A stretch of DNA of 63,688 bases, the filler included, from Nemertoderma westbladi (lineage: Eukaryota; Animalia; Xenacoelomorpha), in NCBI GenBank assembly GCA_032718475.1. It is 4 parts of 4 records of this genome, joined end to end, with 100 filler letters (N's around TTAATTAATTAA, not from the genome) between each part and the next. Parts side by side here need not be neighbours in the genome. Positions count along the whole stretch, not along the records: positions 1 to 28,151 come from JAUCBJ010005696.1; 3 more parts are not named here. One strand, given 5' to 3'. The notes beneath the pieces are model-generated. The model did no database searches. It had not been told where the DNA came from and was given only the letters and a program-made list of their open reading frames with translations. Of the stretch, positions 12,744-26,200 are shown in pieces; the first letter of the stretch is position 1, and each line of letters starts with the position of its first letter. The position numbers and the translations under genes are program-made.

Positions 12744-12759
12744 TGGTGACCCAGACGAT
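12744..12759 (+). promoter_or_regulatory. Primer-binding site, tRNA-Trp-like
   Basis: TGGTGACCCAGACG lies 2 nt after the 5' LTR and resembles the canonical tRNA-Trp PBS TGGTGACCCCGACG. Confidence 0.8.
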
Positions 12760-12850
12760 CCTGTCAGCACTCAGCAGTTTTTCAGTAGGACTATTTATAC
12801 AGTATTCAGCAAATACCGGTAATTCCGAACTATACTCCACAATTTACAAG

Positions 12851-14170
12851 ATGCCGAATCTTAACACATTCTGGAAAGCCGAACTGCTTGAAACATTGAA
12901 GCGGCTGAATAGCCACGATGACACGTACATCGCGCCGCAACTCAAATCAGAGATTATCGACGCTCTAATGAAAGAGAACCCTTCAGCAGTCGAGTTTCTG
13001 CTGAAAGCGGGCGCAACTGAAGCTGCTACGGGTAGCAGTTCATTCGATGCGCCTTCACATAATACTCCATATCAGAAACTACGATTGCAGGAATTTTATG
13101 CGAAAGATGTTCGGGTGTGGTTCGCGCAAGCAGAGGCGGTTCTGCTCGGACAAAGTGCGGTATCGATGAATGCGAATATCCTGGCGGCCATTCCAACTGA
13201 GTCTATCCTTGAGGCAGGGGTAGATTTAGACGAAAGTTACGATATCATTAAACATAACATTATAGTCCACTTAGCCGATAGTGACGAACGACGTTTCCGC
13301 AAACTCTTGGTCTCTCATGAGCTGGGAGATAGAAAACCATCGGCGGCATTAAGACAGATGCAACGTTTAGCACCGGGTGCTTCCAACGATAAACTCATTC
13401 GCATACGATTCCTTGAGATTCTACCAGAGACAGTCTCAATCGTCCTCTCCACTCTTGGGGAGCTGCCACTCGACAAGTTGGCTGAAGTTGCCGACAAGAT
13501 GGTGGAGCAGCAGCAGGACCAGTCTGCCAGCCACGGTTTATCTGCTGCAGCTGCTCCCATCTCTCACATCACGAAGATCTCCCAATTACAGGAATCCAAC
13601 CTCGCTCTCCTGAACACTCAGAAACAGTTAGCCGATCAGATTGCTCAGATAACCACGGAGTTGCGTTCTCTGTCTGACAATCGTGGCCGTTACCAGGGCC
13701 GCAGCCGCTACCAGGGCCGATCTCAATCTCGCGGCCGCAGCGGTTCCTCCCACCGACGTTCATCCGACTACAACCCGGACGGCTCACTCTGTTACTACCA
13801 CTATCGTTTCGGTCGGGAATCCCACAAGTGTAAACCGCCCTGCTCCTGGAGGCAGCCAACCCCCAGCGACTGTAGTGCCCCGGCTCCAGAGCGGAGCAAT
13901 CATCCCCACTATACTAGTAGCTCTAGGAATCGCAGTGCACTTAATGCTGTATATGTATCATCAGATACTGTAGGTACGTTCCTTGTTGATTCAGGAAGTG
14001 ACTTCTCAATTTTACCACAATCTTATATTAGTCTGTTGAACAAGTTCAAACCCAAAACATCACATACTTTGACAGCTGCAAATCAGTCCAATATTAATAT
14101 TTTTGGTGAAGGTGAGCTTGAATTTTCGGTTTCTGAGTTAGACGACCAAACATTTAAGTGGACATTTATT
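12851..14170 (+). CDS. gag: Gag plus aspartic protease of the CsRn1-like Gypsy
   Basis: WFAQAEA and LGDRKPSA capsid motifs, CHCC-type knuckle, protease LVDSGSDFSILP. First ATG at 12851. Confidence 0.88.
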
Positions 14171-17100
14171 GCCGAGGTTAGTAGCCGATGTTATCCAACC
14201 CATTCTCGGATTAGATTTTTTGAAATATTTTCATGTGAACTTAGATTGTGCACAATTTACAGTGTATTTTAATCAATTTGAACCTACATTTAGGGAATCA
14301 CGGAAATCAGGTGCGCCTAGTAATAACGGCAACACGAATAGTGTATTTTCAAGTAAAACTAGATTTTCTAGCTCCAATAACGGTACCGGTACATTATCTA
14401 ATAATATGGAACTATTTTTATTGTGGTTTAAGTATATCATATTTCCCATTATGTGGCTATGTTCGTCCAAGTCCATATGGTCTAACTTAGTCTTTAGTGC
14501 AGGTATTTTATTTTGTTTATTAAGTGTTATCGCAGTACCGTGGATGTGTGGTGTATATGATGCCAGTTCGCATTCCAATGTGTTTTTAATTACATCACAT
14601 AGAGTTGAAAGTATCACATCTGATATTAATCCACAATTAAGCAAAATTTTGAACAAGTATGGCGACGTTTTCAAACCCAAATTAGCTACTGAATTTGTGA
14701 ATCACTCTGTCGAACACCATATAGTAACGGAAGGACAACCTTGTTTCGCAAAGCCACGCCTTTTATACGGAGCTTCTAACGAATTTGACAATTTATTACG
14801 ACAGGGTATTGTTAAACGTAGTGAGTCCCCATGGGCTACACCATTACATTGTGTAAAGAAACCAGATGGCAGTATCCGACCTTGTGGTGACTATAGAAAA
14901 TTGAACAGTATGACTGTACGCGATAATTATCCAATGCCAAACATTGCGGATATAACTGATAAATTTAGAGGGTGCAAGATTTTCAGTAAAATAGATCTCG
15001 AAAAGGCCTATTATCAGGTTCCAATGGCTAAAAACGATATCTTAAAAACGGCAATTACAACCCCATTTGGACTTTTTCTTTTCACACGTATGCCTTTTGG
15101 TCTGCGTAATGCCAGTCAAACCTTTCAAAGGTTGATTGACACTACACTGTACGACATCAATTGTGCAGTTGGATACATAGATGATATATTGGTTGCAAGT
15201 CCTAGCATAGAGCAGCACCATAAAGACATTCAACTCGTTCTAGAACGTTTACGAAAATTTAGTCCAACAGCTAAACGCTCGAAATGCGAATTTTTTAAAC
15301 GTGAAGTAAATTTTCTTGGTTTCACTATTTCGGATACAGGTGTAAAACCAATCAAATCAAAGATAGTTGCCATGGCAAATTTTCCAGAGCCCAAAAATCG
15401 ATCATCATTGCGTCGGTTCCTCGGAATGGCAGGTTACTATCATAGATTTGTGCCGAATTTTTCTGACGTTGCAGCGCCTCTAACTGATCTAAATAAAAAT
15501 AAGTTTGACATCCCCAAAAATTTCGAAATGTCAGCTGAAGCAAAACAGGCTTTTTCAAAATTAAAGAAGAGTCTTCAAAATGCTGTAACTTTATCATTTC
15601 CAAAGCCTGACGCTCCTGTAACCTTGACAACAGACGCGTCAGACCAGGCGGTTGGTGCCGTCATCCACCAAGTTGTAAATAATGTATCTGAACCGGTCAG
15701 TTTCTTTTCAAAAAAATTGTCTGAAACTGAACAGAGAAAGTCAGCTTTCAACAAAGAGCTGTTAGCGATTTATCTTGCTCTCAAACATAACGATTGGCTT
15801 TTAGGTCAGCACATTACAATTTTTACAGACCATAAGCCACTTGTAAATTGTTTAGGGATGAAAAATCCCACACCCCAACAAACCTGTTGGCTCTCATACA
15901 TTTCTGAGTACAACTGTCAAATTAAATATATAGCGGGAGCCAAAAATATTGTACCTGATTCTTTATCACGCCCCCTAGCGGCCATATTTTTTGATACAAA
16001 TGATAATTCGAAACTAGCCACTGCTCAAAAGCAAGATAAATCGCTACAAAGTTTCTTTCAGTCAACTACTTTACCTTTACAATACGCACATTTAGAAGAT
16101 GGTAATATCCTAGTGTGCGACAAATCAAAAGGCCATAATCGACCATGCTTACCTTCAATTTTGCCACATCATATTTTTGATAAATTTCATGAACTTTCTC
16201 ATGCTGGACCAGATGGTACTTTCAATTTAATAAGTAACTGCTACACTGGAATGCGACACGAAATTAAAATGTGGGCGAAAGCTTGCCAAAAGTGCCAACA
16301 GTCTAAAATTTAAACGCATATGAAAACTGCTGTAGAAACGATCCCGACTAACAGTCGCTTTGAAACTGTACATATAGATTTAGTAGGTCCTCTACCGGTG
16401 TCCAAAGGACACAAGTATTTACTCACTATCATTGATAGGTTTACTAGGTGGCCTGAAGTAGTCCCCCTAAAAGATATTACGACAGAAATAGTTGCCCAAG
16501 CTTTCCTTTTCAATTGGGTAAGCCGGTTCGGTGTGCCACGTACTGTCATTACGGATCGCGGCGCACAATTTGAGTCAGCAGTTTGGAGCTCTCTAATGAA
16601 GTCCCTTGGCACAAAACGGCGTCGTACAACTGCTTATCACCCGTCCTGTAACGGGACTATAGAATGTTTTCACAGTCAGTTAAAAAATTCCCTTCGATCA
16701 AAATGTAATTCAACCTATTGGTTTGATGAACTACCATTGGTTTTGTTGTGTTTGCGCTCTAATATCGGAGTGCACAAGTTTTCGCCTGCACAACTGGTAT
16801 ATGGCGCAGAGCTTCAATTACCAGGTCAATTTTTCGAATTTTCGGACAAGTCTGATAAGTTCGATAATTTTAACTGGCATAATTTCATATCTCGGCTCTT
16901 CGAGAAAGTTGATAATTTTCAGAGTCCGGTTAGAAAATATAAATCAAAAGCATCAATCCCCAAAGAATTGTCTGAAGCAACTCATGTCTGGGTAAAAGAA
17001 CCTAAGAAAACTGGATCATTGAAACCGCTTTATGCGGGACCGTATAGAGTAGTTTCGCGAGATAGTAAAACTATCGACATAGAACGCCATTCAAAAATTG

Positions 17101-17219
17101 AAAAGTTGACGCTCGACAGAGTGAAACCAGTTGTTTCTGAATGTGTGAACTACACTAAACCGAAAACGAAAAAGTGTGTAACATTTTCATTAATTGAAAC
17201 TATCCACATTTCTGATTGA
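14171..17219 (+). pseudogene. pol: Pol (end of protease, RT, RNase H, integrase) with one frameshift and one premature stop
   Basis: SPWATPLH, CGDYRKLN, MPFGLRNA, YIDDIL, TTDAS, TDHKPL, VHIDLVGP, ITDRGAQFES, YAGPY. A 10-bp insertion GCCGAGGTTA at ~14171 shifts the frame. TAA at 16311-16313. Confidence 0.93.
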
Positions 17220-19108
17220 ACTAAAACCATTAAGATCCAATCATTAAAATCCAACGGTATTGCGTTTAACATATGCTTACCTATTTTGTTGTAGTCGTGC
17301 TGTTTTTGTTTATTCCGGATAGGTGCGTATCACCGCGGAATTAATTTTCTGTACAAAATGTATTAATATGTGGTAATAATTCAATATTTAAATAATATGA
17401 ACGTGTTGCCAATTTTTTTTCTCAAACATATCTAGGCGATTTCCGTTAGTTTTTTTTTCATATACCTTTAATTAGTTTCTTAATTAAAGCCTACAATATG
17501 ATTAGTTTCTTGATTAATGTTAACCATAGTGCTCCGCACTTAATGAAGGGAGCCATGTAACCCTCATTATCATTCCTAATATATTTCATATTGATTACAC
17601 CATTCACACAGGCAGTTTGACCTTTGACATCCTACTGTACTGGCATGCTATTATATGTAATGTAGGCCTATATAAATCGATTAATTCATTCTGTGTGTGC
17701 GACGGTAATCAGTAATATACATATGCCTAATATTGGACAATAAAATTGGAATAAAGAATTTCTGTGTACCGGTAACAAACTGTTTCCTCGCACCCACACT
17801 GCCCACCAATTCCAATGGCCCAGATCTTTTGCATAAGTGAACCATGATCCACTTTGTCAAATGCTTTGGAGAAATCCATATAGACTACATCAATACCATC
17901 TCCTTTTGATAAGTGATCGATGATATTTGTGTAATGGTCGATGAGCTCAGAGAGGCATGAGCGACCTCTCCGGAAGCCATGCTGTCCTTTGTTTATTAGG
18001 TTGTTGGATCTAGGTAGTCTACAAGTGAATCTCGGAAAATTCTTTCTAATATTTTGGATATGTGGGAAGTGAAATATACCGGTTGGTAGTTGCGCGGATC
18101 TGATCGAAGGCCCTTCATGAATATCAGCGTTGATTCGCACAATTTCCAAGACGTTGGTTGGTAGGACCCCGAATGACTAGGATTAATCAAAGATGACAAA
18201 GAATGGTTTGAGAAGTTCTTCTTTGCAATTCTTTAATAAAAGTGATGGGAATCCATCAGGGCCAGCAGCGGAGTTTGATCGTAGTTCATCAATCGCTTTC
18301 CCGATGAGATTCGTTGTAAGTTTGATTTGACTGAGACGCTGTTGTGAATATCGGGTCTGGAACAACTGGATCAGCCACTGGAGTTGAAAACATAGAGACA
18401 TATTGATTCTGTAGTGCCTCACACATTCCTTTATTGTCGGAGGCTAATCCGCCATTCACAATTAGTGGTCCAACACCAACTCTGTCTTTGCGCTTCCGGT
18501 TGGCGTATGAGAATAAGTATTTGGGGTTCGACTTAATTTTAGATACGGCATCTTTTTCCTCCGATACTCCTTGTGGTCTTGATCTGGCTTAGCATGGTGG
18601 TGGGGACCTGGATGTGTAGTGACTTTAGGTTTAGTTGTACTTATGTTAATTACATTATGGTCTGAAAAAACACATGGGTACACATATACACTCTCCATAA
18701 AATCAGCGTCATTCGTTAGACATAGGTCAATAATGTTTTTTTCGCGTTTTGGTTTATCGTCTATTTGCGATAAAAACCAGTGGTAAAGTATAAAAATAAT
18801 TTTGCCTGGATTATTGCGGCAGCCGAGGTACTGCTGGTACTAGTAATTAATGATAATAGTTTCCAGTCAATAATTGGAAAATTCAGATCTCCCATGATAA
18901 TTGTCCTACTCGATTTGTACTTTTCAGTACCTAAAATTTGGTCCATTACTTTTAAGATACCTTTGAGTTCAGTTGTAGGGCAGCCTGGTGGCTGGTACAA
19001 TACTATTACAATGGTGTCTAAGTCATGTAAAAATATACTTAATAATTCGCAATATCCATTAGAAAATTGAATAGTATCCGTGATGGCTACATCATTTCTC
19101 AGATAAAT

Positions 19109-20308
19109 GTGTGTGTCATTGAATATAATGGGACCTTTCCTGGAAATTCCATGCATGGTAATTCTAAATATAGTTTATCCGAGGGATATATTTGCATTAT
19201 ATTTGCAATATATTTCCCTGAAGTGATGGAAAATATAGGTAACGAATGCAAGCAGAAAAACTGCCACGCCATATATATATAGATATGGTGGAAAATCATT
19301 CATTTATGGCCCCGAAGAAAATTTAAACAGGTGAGAGACAAAAAATATCATGACAAAGTTAAATATGGTGTTGATATTCCACTGAAAAACGTAACAGACG
19401 TAGTTCTAGCCTTAATTTCTACAGTAAATTGTAATCCAATGGTGCAATAAGTTATTTCGACGAAAAATAAATCCCCAAGTAAGTGTAATACTTTTACTCA
19501 GATGAACAATTCGCAGATCTGACCCAAAATGTTTTTGAATCTTTGGATGATGATTTTATATTAGAAGTTGATAGGACATTTAACCTTGGAGCATCTTTCG
19601 TTACTTCTCTCATGTGTAAAAATCATTCGGTGTACCATAGAGAAACGTCCGAATTTCCATTGTTCTTGGGTTCAGTGCTTTTGCATTTCGAAGCAGACTT
19701 CGAGACTTACAATAACATTTATATCCCATGTCAGATCAAAATTGTCATCGACAAATGTTGTTTTCGAAGTAAAGGTAGGTTATGATCAAGAAAAGGGCAT
19801 TACTAAGGCGATCAAAACTAATTTCCCTGAGTCTTAACTTGTGTTATGTTCACTGCATTTAAAAGAAAATGTTTCCCGCTATCTCTCCAATAAGTGTGGA
19901 TGTCCATCGAAGGACAGACTTGCGATTAAAGACATTTTGTTTGGAGAAGATGGCCTTGCCAGGAGCTTGGATTAATTTACCTTTGAGGCCAGAGCAGGGT
20001 CATTAGCTCCGTATTTTAAAAAGTTCCCGGTATTCCAGAAGTATTTCAATACATATGTAAGACATGTACTTTACGAATACGTGTGTGTGCCCTTCCAAAA
20101 AGGTAAATCTGGAAATTTGTGGAGAAACAATAATTGTGAGTCACTTAATAATATCCTAAAACTAGACATTGATTGGAAGCCACAGAAACTACATGATCTA
20201 GTTAAAACTATCACTGGCGTAACAAAGTTACAAATGATTGATTTGCGTCATGCACTATATGGTTGCAGCAACTATACTCTGGCACCACGCTTTAGGTTAG
20301 GTTCGTAG
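19109..20308 (+). pseudogene. 3' part of the decayed MULE-like transposase
   Basis: EYNGTFPG..HGNSK, VDRTFNLG..FVT, FLGSVLLH..DFETY, YDQEKGITKAI..FP, LCSLHLKEN, WRNNNCESLNNILK. These match the MULE DDE and CxxH pattern. Confidence 0.75.
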
Positions 20309-21356
20309 TTTAATAATATTGGTAATACAGATAACCATCCAGTTACAAATGTATTAATTTGGCTAACCAGCAGTAAATTAATTTAGGGAAATTAAGAGGT
20401 TACAATTTGCTTTTCTTACAACATTAAAAACCATAACCGTTAAAACTATCTGGCTCGGGGTATTTTTACTTCGGACCGGGGGGTGGGTCATTTTATAAAT
20501 TTTTAGCATTAAAAATATTGGAGAGGCGTGTAAGAATGTAACTACAGCACAAAAATTGAGACAGGGGGGGGGGGGGGGGGTGGGGAGGGAAACCTGGACG
20601 CAAAACCCACTTTGGTGAATTAATATCCCGCCTCAATGTTAAATTCTCAATTTAAGGAAATGAGCGGGTTACAGTGGCACGTTATTTTAACCAAAACTAT
20701 AAACTAAACACAACAGAACAGGTTACAGTTTTATTGAACTGCATGAGTTCCCACCAATATTGTTAAATACGATTTTTTTTTAGAAAATACAGAATTGACC
20801 GTTCAGTATGGTTTAACACACGGGCATCCATGGGATTTGAGCCAAGCAGAGTATCATTGGGGTCGTATCAGACCCCAGTACTAAAATAGTAGGTTATTGT
20901 GGGCCTGAATGGAAATATGTAGTAATAATGGACCGAATCTCTATTAGAGCCACCAAACTAAGTAATTTTAGCCTGAATTTGATTTATCTTCCCTATGTGA
21001 ATTATTTTAATTGAGACTTAAAATTATGTGGCAATATTTGAATTTATTGGATACTTGAATAGTCTACCTTCAAGAGCTCAAATGCTTTAGACTGTGATTA
21101 TCTGATTAGCCATTACAGCATTAGCCGCAGACCAGACTGTGCTGTATAGGCTAAATGTGTTAATTTAATTGTCTAATTGGGCAATACTGTTATTATTTTC
21201 ATCTTACCCGAAGTTGCTGACTTGGTTATAATTGGTGGTACAGTCAATGGACTGACTGATTAACATTATTAATTGAAACATAGATATTAACTTTTATTGT
21301 TTCAGTAATTTTAACTGTTTGGATACTCCCTTATAGACTACAAATATTACATAATC

Positions 21357-23248
21357 ATGCCTACAAAAGCAGAATTGAAAGAATTATTGTCAACATTAAA
21401 GTCAAAAAATTTACAAATGGTTAATATATTGAAAAAAAATGGTATAAATCATGAGTTCTTAGGCATAAAAGATGTGGAAATAAATTTGAAACAAGAAATA
21501 AATGAATTTGAAACATCATGTATAAAAATAAGTTCTTCAATGGATAATGAAATTACTAGCCTGGTACATAAACATAATCAACTTGAAACAGATTATGCCA
21601 GTTTAGAGAAAAAGTATATTAGTATGAGAAATGAGTTTGGATATTTACATAGCAAACATGATAATTTACAGGAACAAGTTGAAGAATGTCAAGGTGAAAT
21701 TCTTTCAATGTCACAGCAACCAAATAATACTGTTTTAGAAATGTCTGCACCTGTAACATGTGAGCAATGTATACAATTAAAGAGTAAGTGTATTTACTTG
21801 GGAAAAGAAGCTTCAAAATTACATGATACAGTTGAAGAGCATAAAGGAAATATTGAAAGTTTAAACCAACAGATACAAAGTTCATTAATCATTGAGGAAA
21901 ATGAAAATATAAAGAATTAGTTACTTCATATGAAGAAATGAAATCACTCTTGTCTGCATGTCAAAATGATTATCTAACAATTCAAGATGAACTTTTACTT
22001 TTGAAACATGAATATAGATCTAGACGGGAATTTTTGAATAATTCCATTCCAGTACCCAGTGTTACACTGAAAAGTAGAAAAATAAATTTTTTTACAAAAG
22101 AGATATCAAGTGGAATTGAAGGTGTAAATAGTAAACCACTTGAATCATCTCCTATTGAATGTGATAAACCAGCAGGTAATATTAGTCCAATATTTCATCA
22201 ACAAGAGTTGTATTATACTAGGAATGCCTGCCCTGAATTAAATCCAAATGCTAGAAATTTCAACTCATTTTCTAGTCAAGGTATCAATTCAACTAATTGG
22301 AGACAGCCATCAACAGAAATACCTAAATACAAACGACTTCCAGTCAATATAAACAAATATAATAATCTGAAAGATGGCTCATTCGCAACTTGGGTGGCTA
22401 ATGCTGAACTTGAGTTGGATGTAGCTGGATATCATGGAGATAGAGAACGCATAAGTAAAATATTAAACAACCTGAAGAGTGGATCAACAATTTGTGATGC
22501 TGCTCGGGATTATTTTAGTAATAACCCTGATGTTACATATTCAGCTTTTGTCAGTTACCTAACTGTACATTTTGATAAAGATGATACACCACAAGAAGCT
22601 CTTGATGCTTTACAGAGAATAAGACAACGTAGTGATCAACAACTACAACATTACAAAGATTATGTTCAAAAAAAGGGCGCTGCTTTACTTGCTGCCTGGA
22701 ACAGATGTAGAATACCTACTCAATCTAGTCAGGAATATGATATTTCAAGAGAAATAAATGCTAAGTGTGTTGAGGTGGTAATGTGTGCTACATTCCTACA
22801 TGGTTTAGAACCAAAAATTAAGAAGTTGATATCAAATGATCAATATCATAACCTGCGTCAGATATCAAATCTTGCAGATTTGGCAAAATCATTAGAGACT
22901 TAAATGAGTTCAGTAAGAAAACGTCAAGAGGATTATAATGAGTTTGGAGACAGAAATAAACAAACAAGTTACAAACCAAATTTCAATCAGAATAAAGAAA
23001 ATGATATTAAAAAGAAATCAAGATACTGTTATATTTGTGGCGATGTAAGTCATATTGCCCCTGACTGTCCTAATAGAAGTAAAATTAGAGGTACTTCTAC
23101 ACCAATACAACAGCCTCTACTTGGTAAGCAATCATCAGAAGGGGTAATTGGTTCTAACAAGACTACAAAGTTCCCTAAACCTCAGACTACAAGTCGTCGA
23201 AATGTAGATGTATATGAAGGAGCTTATAATGATATTTCAAACTACTGA
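21357..23248 (+). pseudogene. gag: Gag with a long coiled-coil N-terminus and CCHC knuckle; disrupted
   Basis: Three consecutive ORFs separated by a frameshift and a stop. TFLHGL capsid motif. CX2CX4HX4C knuckle. Confidence 0.8.
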
Positions 23249-26200
23249 CTGATTCTGAAAACGAATCAGATATAGGAGACACCGCATTACCAGAAACATT
23301 CAATGCCCATATCGAAATAGATAATGCTCCCACTATTTCTAAAGCACCTTCTTTTATTGGTGATATTAGTATAAATGGCTTTCATTTGTGCAAGCTAGGA
23401 GTTTTTGCAGATAATGGATCAGAGAGTACTTTCATCAGTTTACGTCTTGTGAAACATTTACAGAAATTAAACCTACTTCCTTCTGAAATAAAGCCTCTAA
23501 GTTGTAAACCTATTGCTTACCAAGGGCAGCCAATCTCTATGATTGGGGAAATTCAAATTGAAGTCAGTTATAAAAATCAATCATGTGTGAGAGTGTTCGC
23601 ATTAGTTGATCCTTTAATGGGTAAAAAAGGAACTTATGATATTCTCATTGGTAATAATGTTGGGCCTTTATTGTGCAAATTCGTAACCATACCATATACA
23701 TTGGTGGGAACAAATGTATGGAATATACCATTTATACAACCACCTGTGAATAGAGATGAATGTGATATAAACCCTTCTAAGATGGATTATCCAATTACGG
23801 CATGTAAACGAATTGAATGTGTTCGTTTGGTCACTAGTGCTACACTGAAACCTCATTGTACCACTTTTGTGAAAGCTACATTAGACAAGAATGATATTTC
23901 GGAAATAAATGTAAAGGAATCCTTATTGTTCGAACCATTCTTAAATAATGTTAGTCCTTTCCTACCAACTCTTGTAAAATTAGATGACAATAATACTTTC
24001 ATTCTAAAGGTTGAAAATAGCTCAAGAAATAAAATTAGACTCAGATCAAATAGGAAGATTGGTATATTAGAAAATGTAGAAAGTATTACAAATTATGATA
24101 ATTTTGATTATGATGATGCTTGTAGGGATAGTAAACTTATAAAGGAGGAAGAAAGAGAACTTGATGATAATAATGATTCAACAACAGCCCTTGAAAGGAA
24201 ACTTCGTACAGAGAAATTCCTACGGTGTATTAAAATTGCAAATGAATGGGACCAGTTGACTTCAAACCAACAAAATCAACTTTTAGATACATTATTAGAG
24301 ATACAATTTTCATTTGCTCTCCCTGACGAACCAACAGGAAGAACTGATGTAATTGAACATCATATAGAAACTGGAGACCATAAACCAATTCAACAGCATC
24401 CTCGTAGGATACCATTAGCCTACCGTGGAAAATGTAGAGAAATAATAGAACAATTGTTGACAGATAGAATTATTGAACCCTCATCAGCACTATGGACTAG
24501 TCCAACTGTACTTGTAAAGAAAGAAGGCAAACCCTTACGTTTATGTGTTGACTACAGAGCCGTTAATGCAATAACATTGAGAGACAATTACCCAATGCCT
24601 AGAATTGATGATATACTTGATTGCATTCAAAATGCAACTATATTCAGTGTTCTGGACACAAAACAGATGTTCCATCAAATCCCTATTTCTGAAGATAGCA
24701 AAGACAAAACTACTATGGTTACACCTGATGGAGCTTACAGATATACTGGAATGTCATTTGGACTTACAAATGCTCCTCCAACCTGTCAACGACTTATGAA
24801 CGAGCTTTACATGGGTTAATTGGTTATTGTTGTTTCGTATATCTTGATGATATATTGATTTTTTCAACTAATTTCGAATCACATTTGCACACATTAGTAA
24901 GGTACTTCAACGAATTAATGAAGCAAAATTAAAACTGAGAATAGAGAAATGCAAGTTTGCATGCTTTGAAATTAAATTTCTAGGACGTATTGTAACACAA
25001 TTCGGAATAAAGCCTGATCCACAGAAGATACTTATTGTCAAAGACTACCCTCCACCCAATAACCTCAAGGAACTGCAGCGGTTTCTTGGATTAACAAAAT
25101 ATTATCGAAAGTTTATAAAGGATCTTGCAAAGATAACTGCACCTTTGAATGCACTTACACGAAAAGATGTCAAATTTGTTTGGTCAACAGAATGTGATAA
25201 AGCATTTCAGTATCTGAAGAGAGCCTTGACAACAGAACCTGTTTTAGCTCGCCCTGATATGTCAAAGCCATTCTTACTGGAAACAGATGCTTCAATGGAT
25301 GGTTTAGGTGCTATCTTGAGTCAGCGTGATGACAATGATGAGTTACACCCAATTGCATATAGTGACAAGAGCCTATCTAGTAATGAAAAGAAGTGGCATA
25401 TTACTGAACTGGAATTATATGCTATCATTTGGGCCATAGACCATTTTGGGGCATATCTCCAAGGTCAAGATTATGAAGTCATAACCGACCATTCCGCTCT
25501 CATGTGGTTTCTTAACATTAAAGAACCCAAAGGAAGACTACAACGCTGGATGTTAAAATTAATGCCTCAGGTGCCTCGTATCAGTTACCGACCAGGCAAA
25601 CTAAATTTAGCTGCTGATGCATTATCTAGAATCCCACAATGTCAATTAAAAACAGAACATTCAAATGAAATAAATTATATCATAAATCTTCCAATAGAAG
25701 CAAGTAATAACTCTGAAATTACTATTGAAGAAATATTAAGTAATGATATGAACTCAAAGTTAAATATAGAAGAACAAAGCAAGGATGATCACCTTAAATC
25801 TATCATAGATTATCTAGAATCTGGAGTACTACCTACCAATAAAATAGCAGCTCAAAAGTTATTATTAAGTGTGGCTGCATATGAAATCATTGACAAAGAC
25901 CTAAATGATGATGTTTCATGTAAATGTTTGTATAGACTCTCCCCATTTAACAGACATCTCCGACTTATTGTTGTTCCAAAACAATATCAGTCAACATTAT
26001 TATATGATAGACATTCATCGTCCTTGGGAGGTCATTTTGCGATAGATAAAACTTATAAATCATTAGCTCAATTTTATTATTGGGACACAATGTATCGAGA
26101 TACAGTTCGTTTCTGTAATTCTTGCTTGGAATGTCTCACAAGGAAGCCTCCTCACCGATATCAAAAGACTTTGCACTTGATCTTAAGGATAGCTTAACTA

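Larger units (their letters stand above)
12493..17798 (+). mobile_element. Full-length Ty3/Gypsy LTR retrotransposon, CsRn1-like clade
   Basis: LTRs 12493-12741 and 17556-17798 (TGT..ACA) differ by 2 substitutions and a 6-bp TA indel. 5-bp TSD CTGCC. tRNA-Trp-like PBS. PPT at ~17545-17555. Gag CYYHYRFG..CKPPC motif. Confidence 0.96.
11215..19108 (-). mobile_element. 5'-truncated, decayed CR1-group (Crack/Daphne-like) LINE, interrupted by the Gypsy element
   Basis: APE motifs (IVLYQPP, IMGDLNFP, SDHNV) at 18640-19108. RT motifs QHGFRRGRSC, YMDFSKAFDKVDH, SVLGPLLF, FADDT. C-terminal LFNSLPKEIR..LDTYLSDIPDQ. AATAAA-like tail at ~11217-11238. Removing the Gypsy restores GIGGQ|LGCW. Confidence 0.88.

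Noticed and set aside
14169-14272. Programmed gag-pol frameshift
   Set aside because: The shift falls inside the protease and is explained by a 10-bp imperfect duplication. There is no slippery heptamer at the junction.
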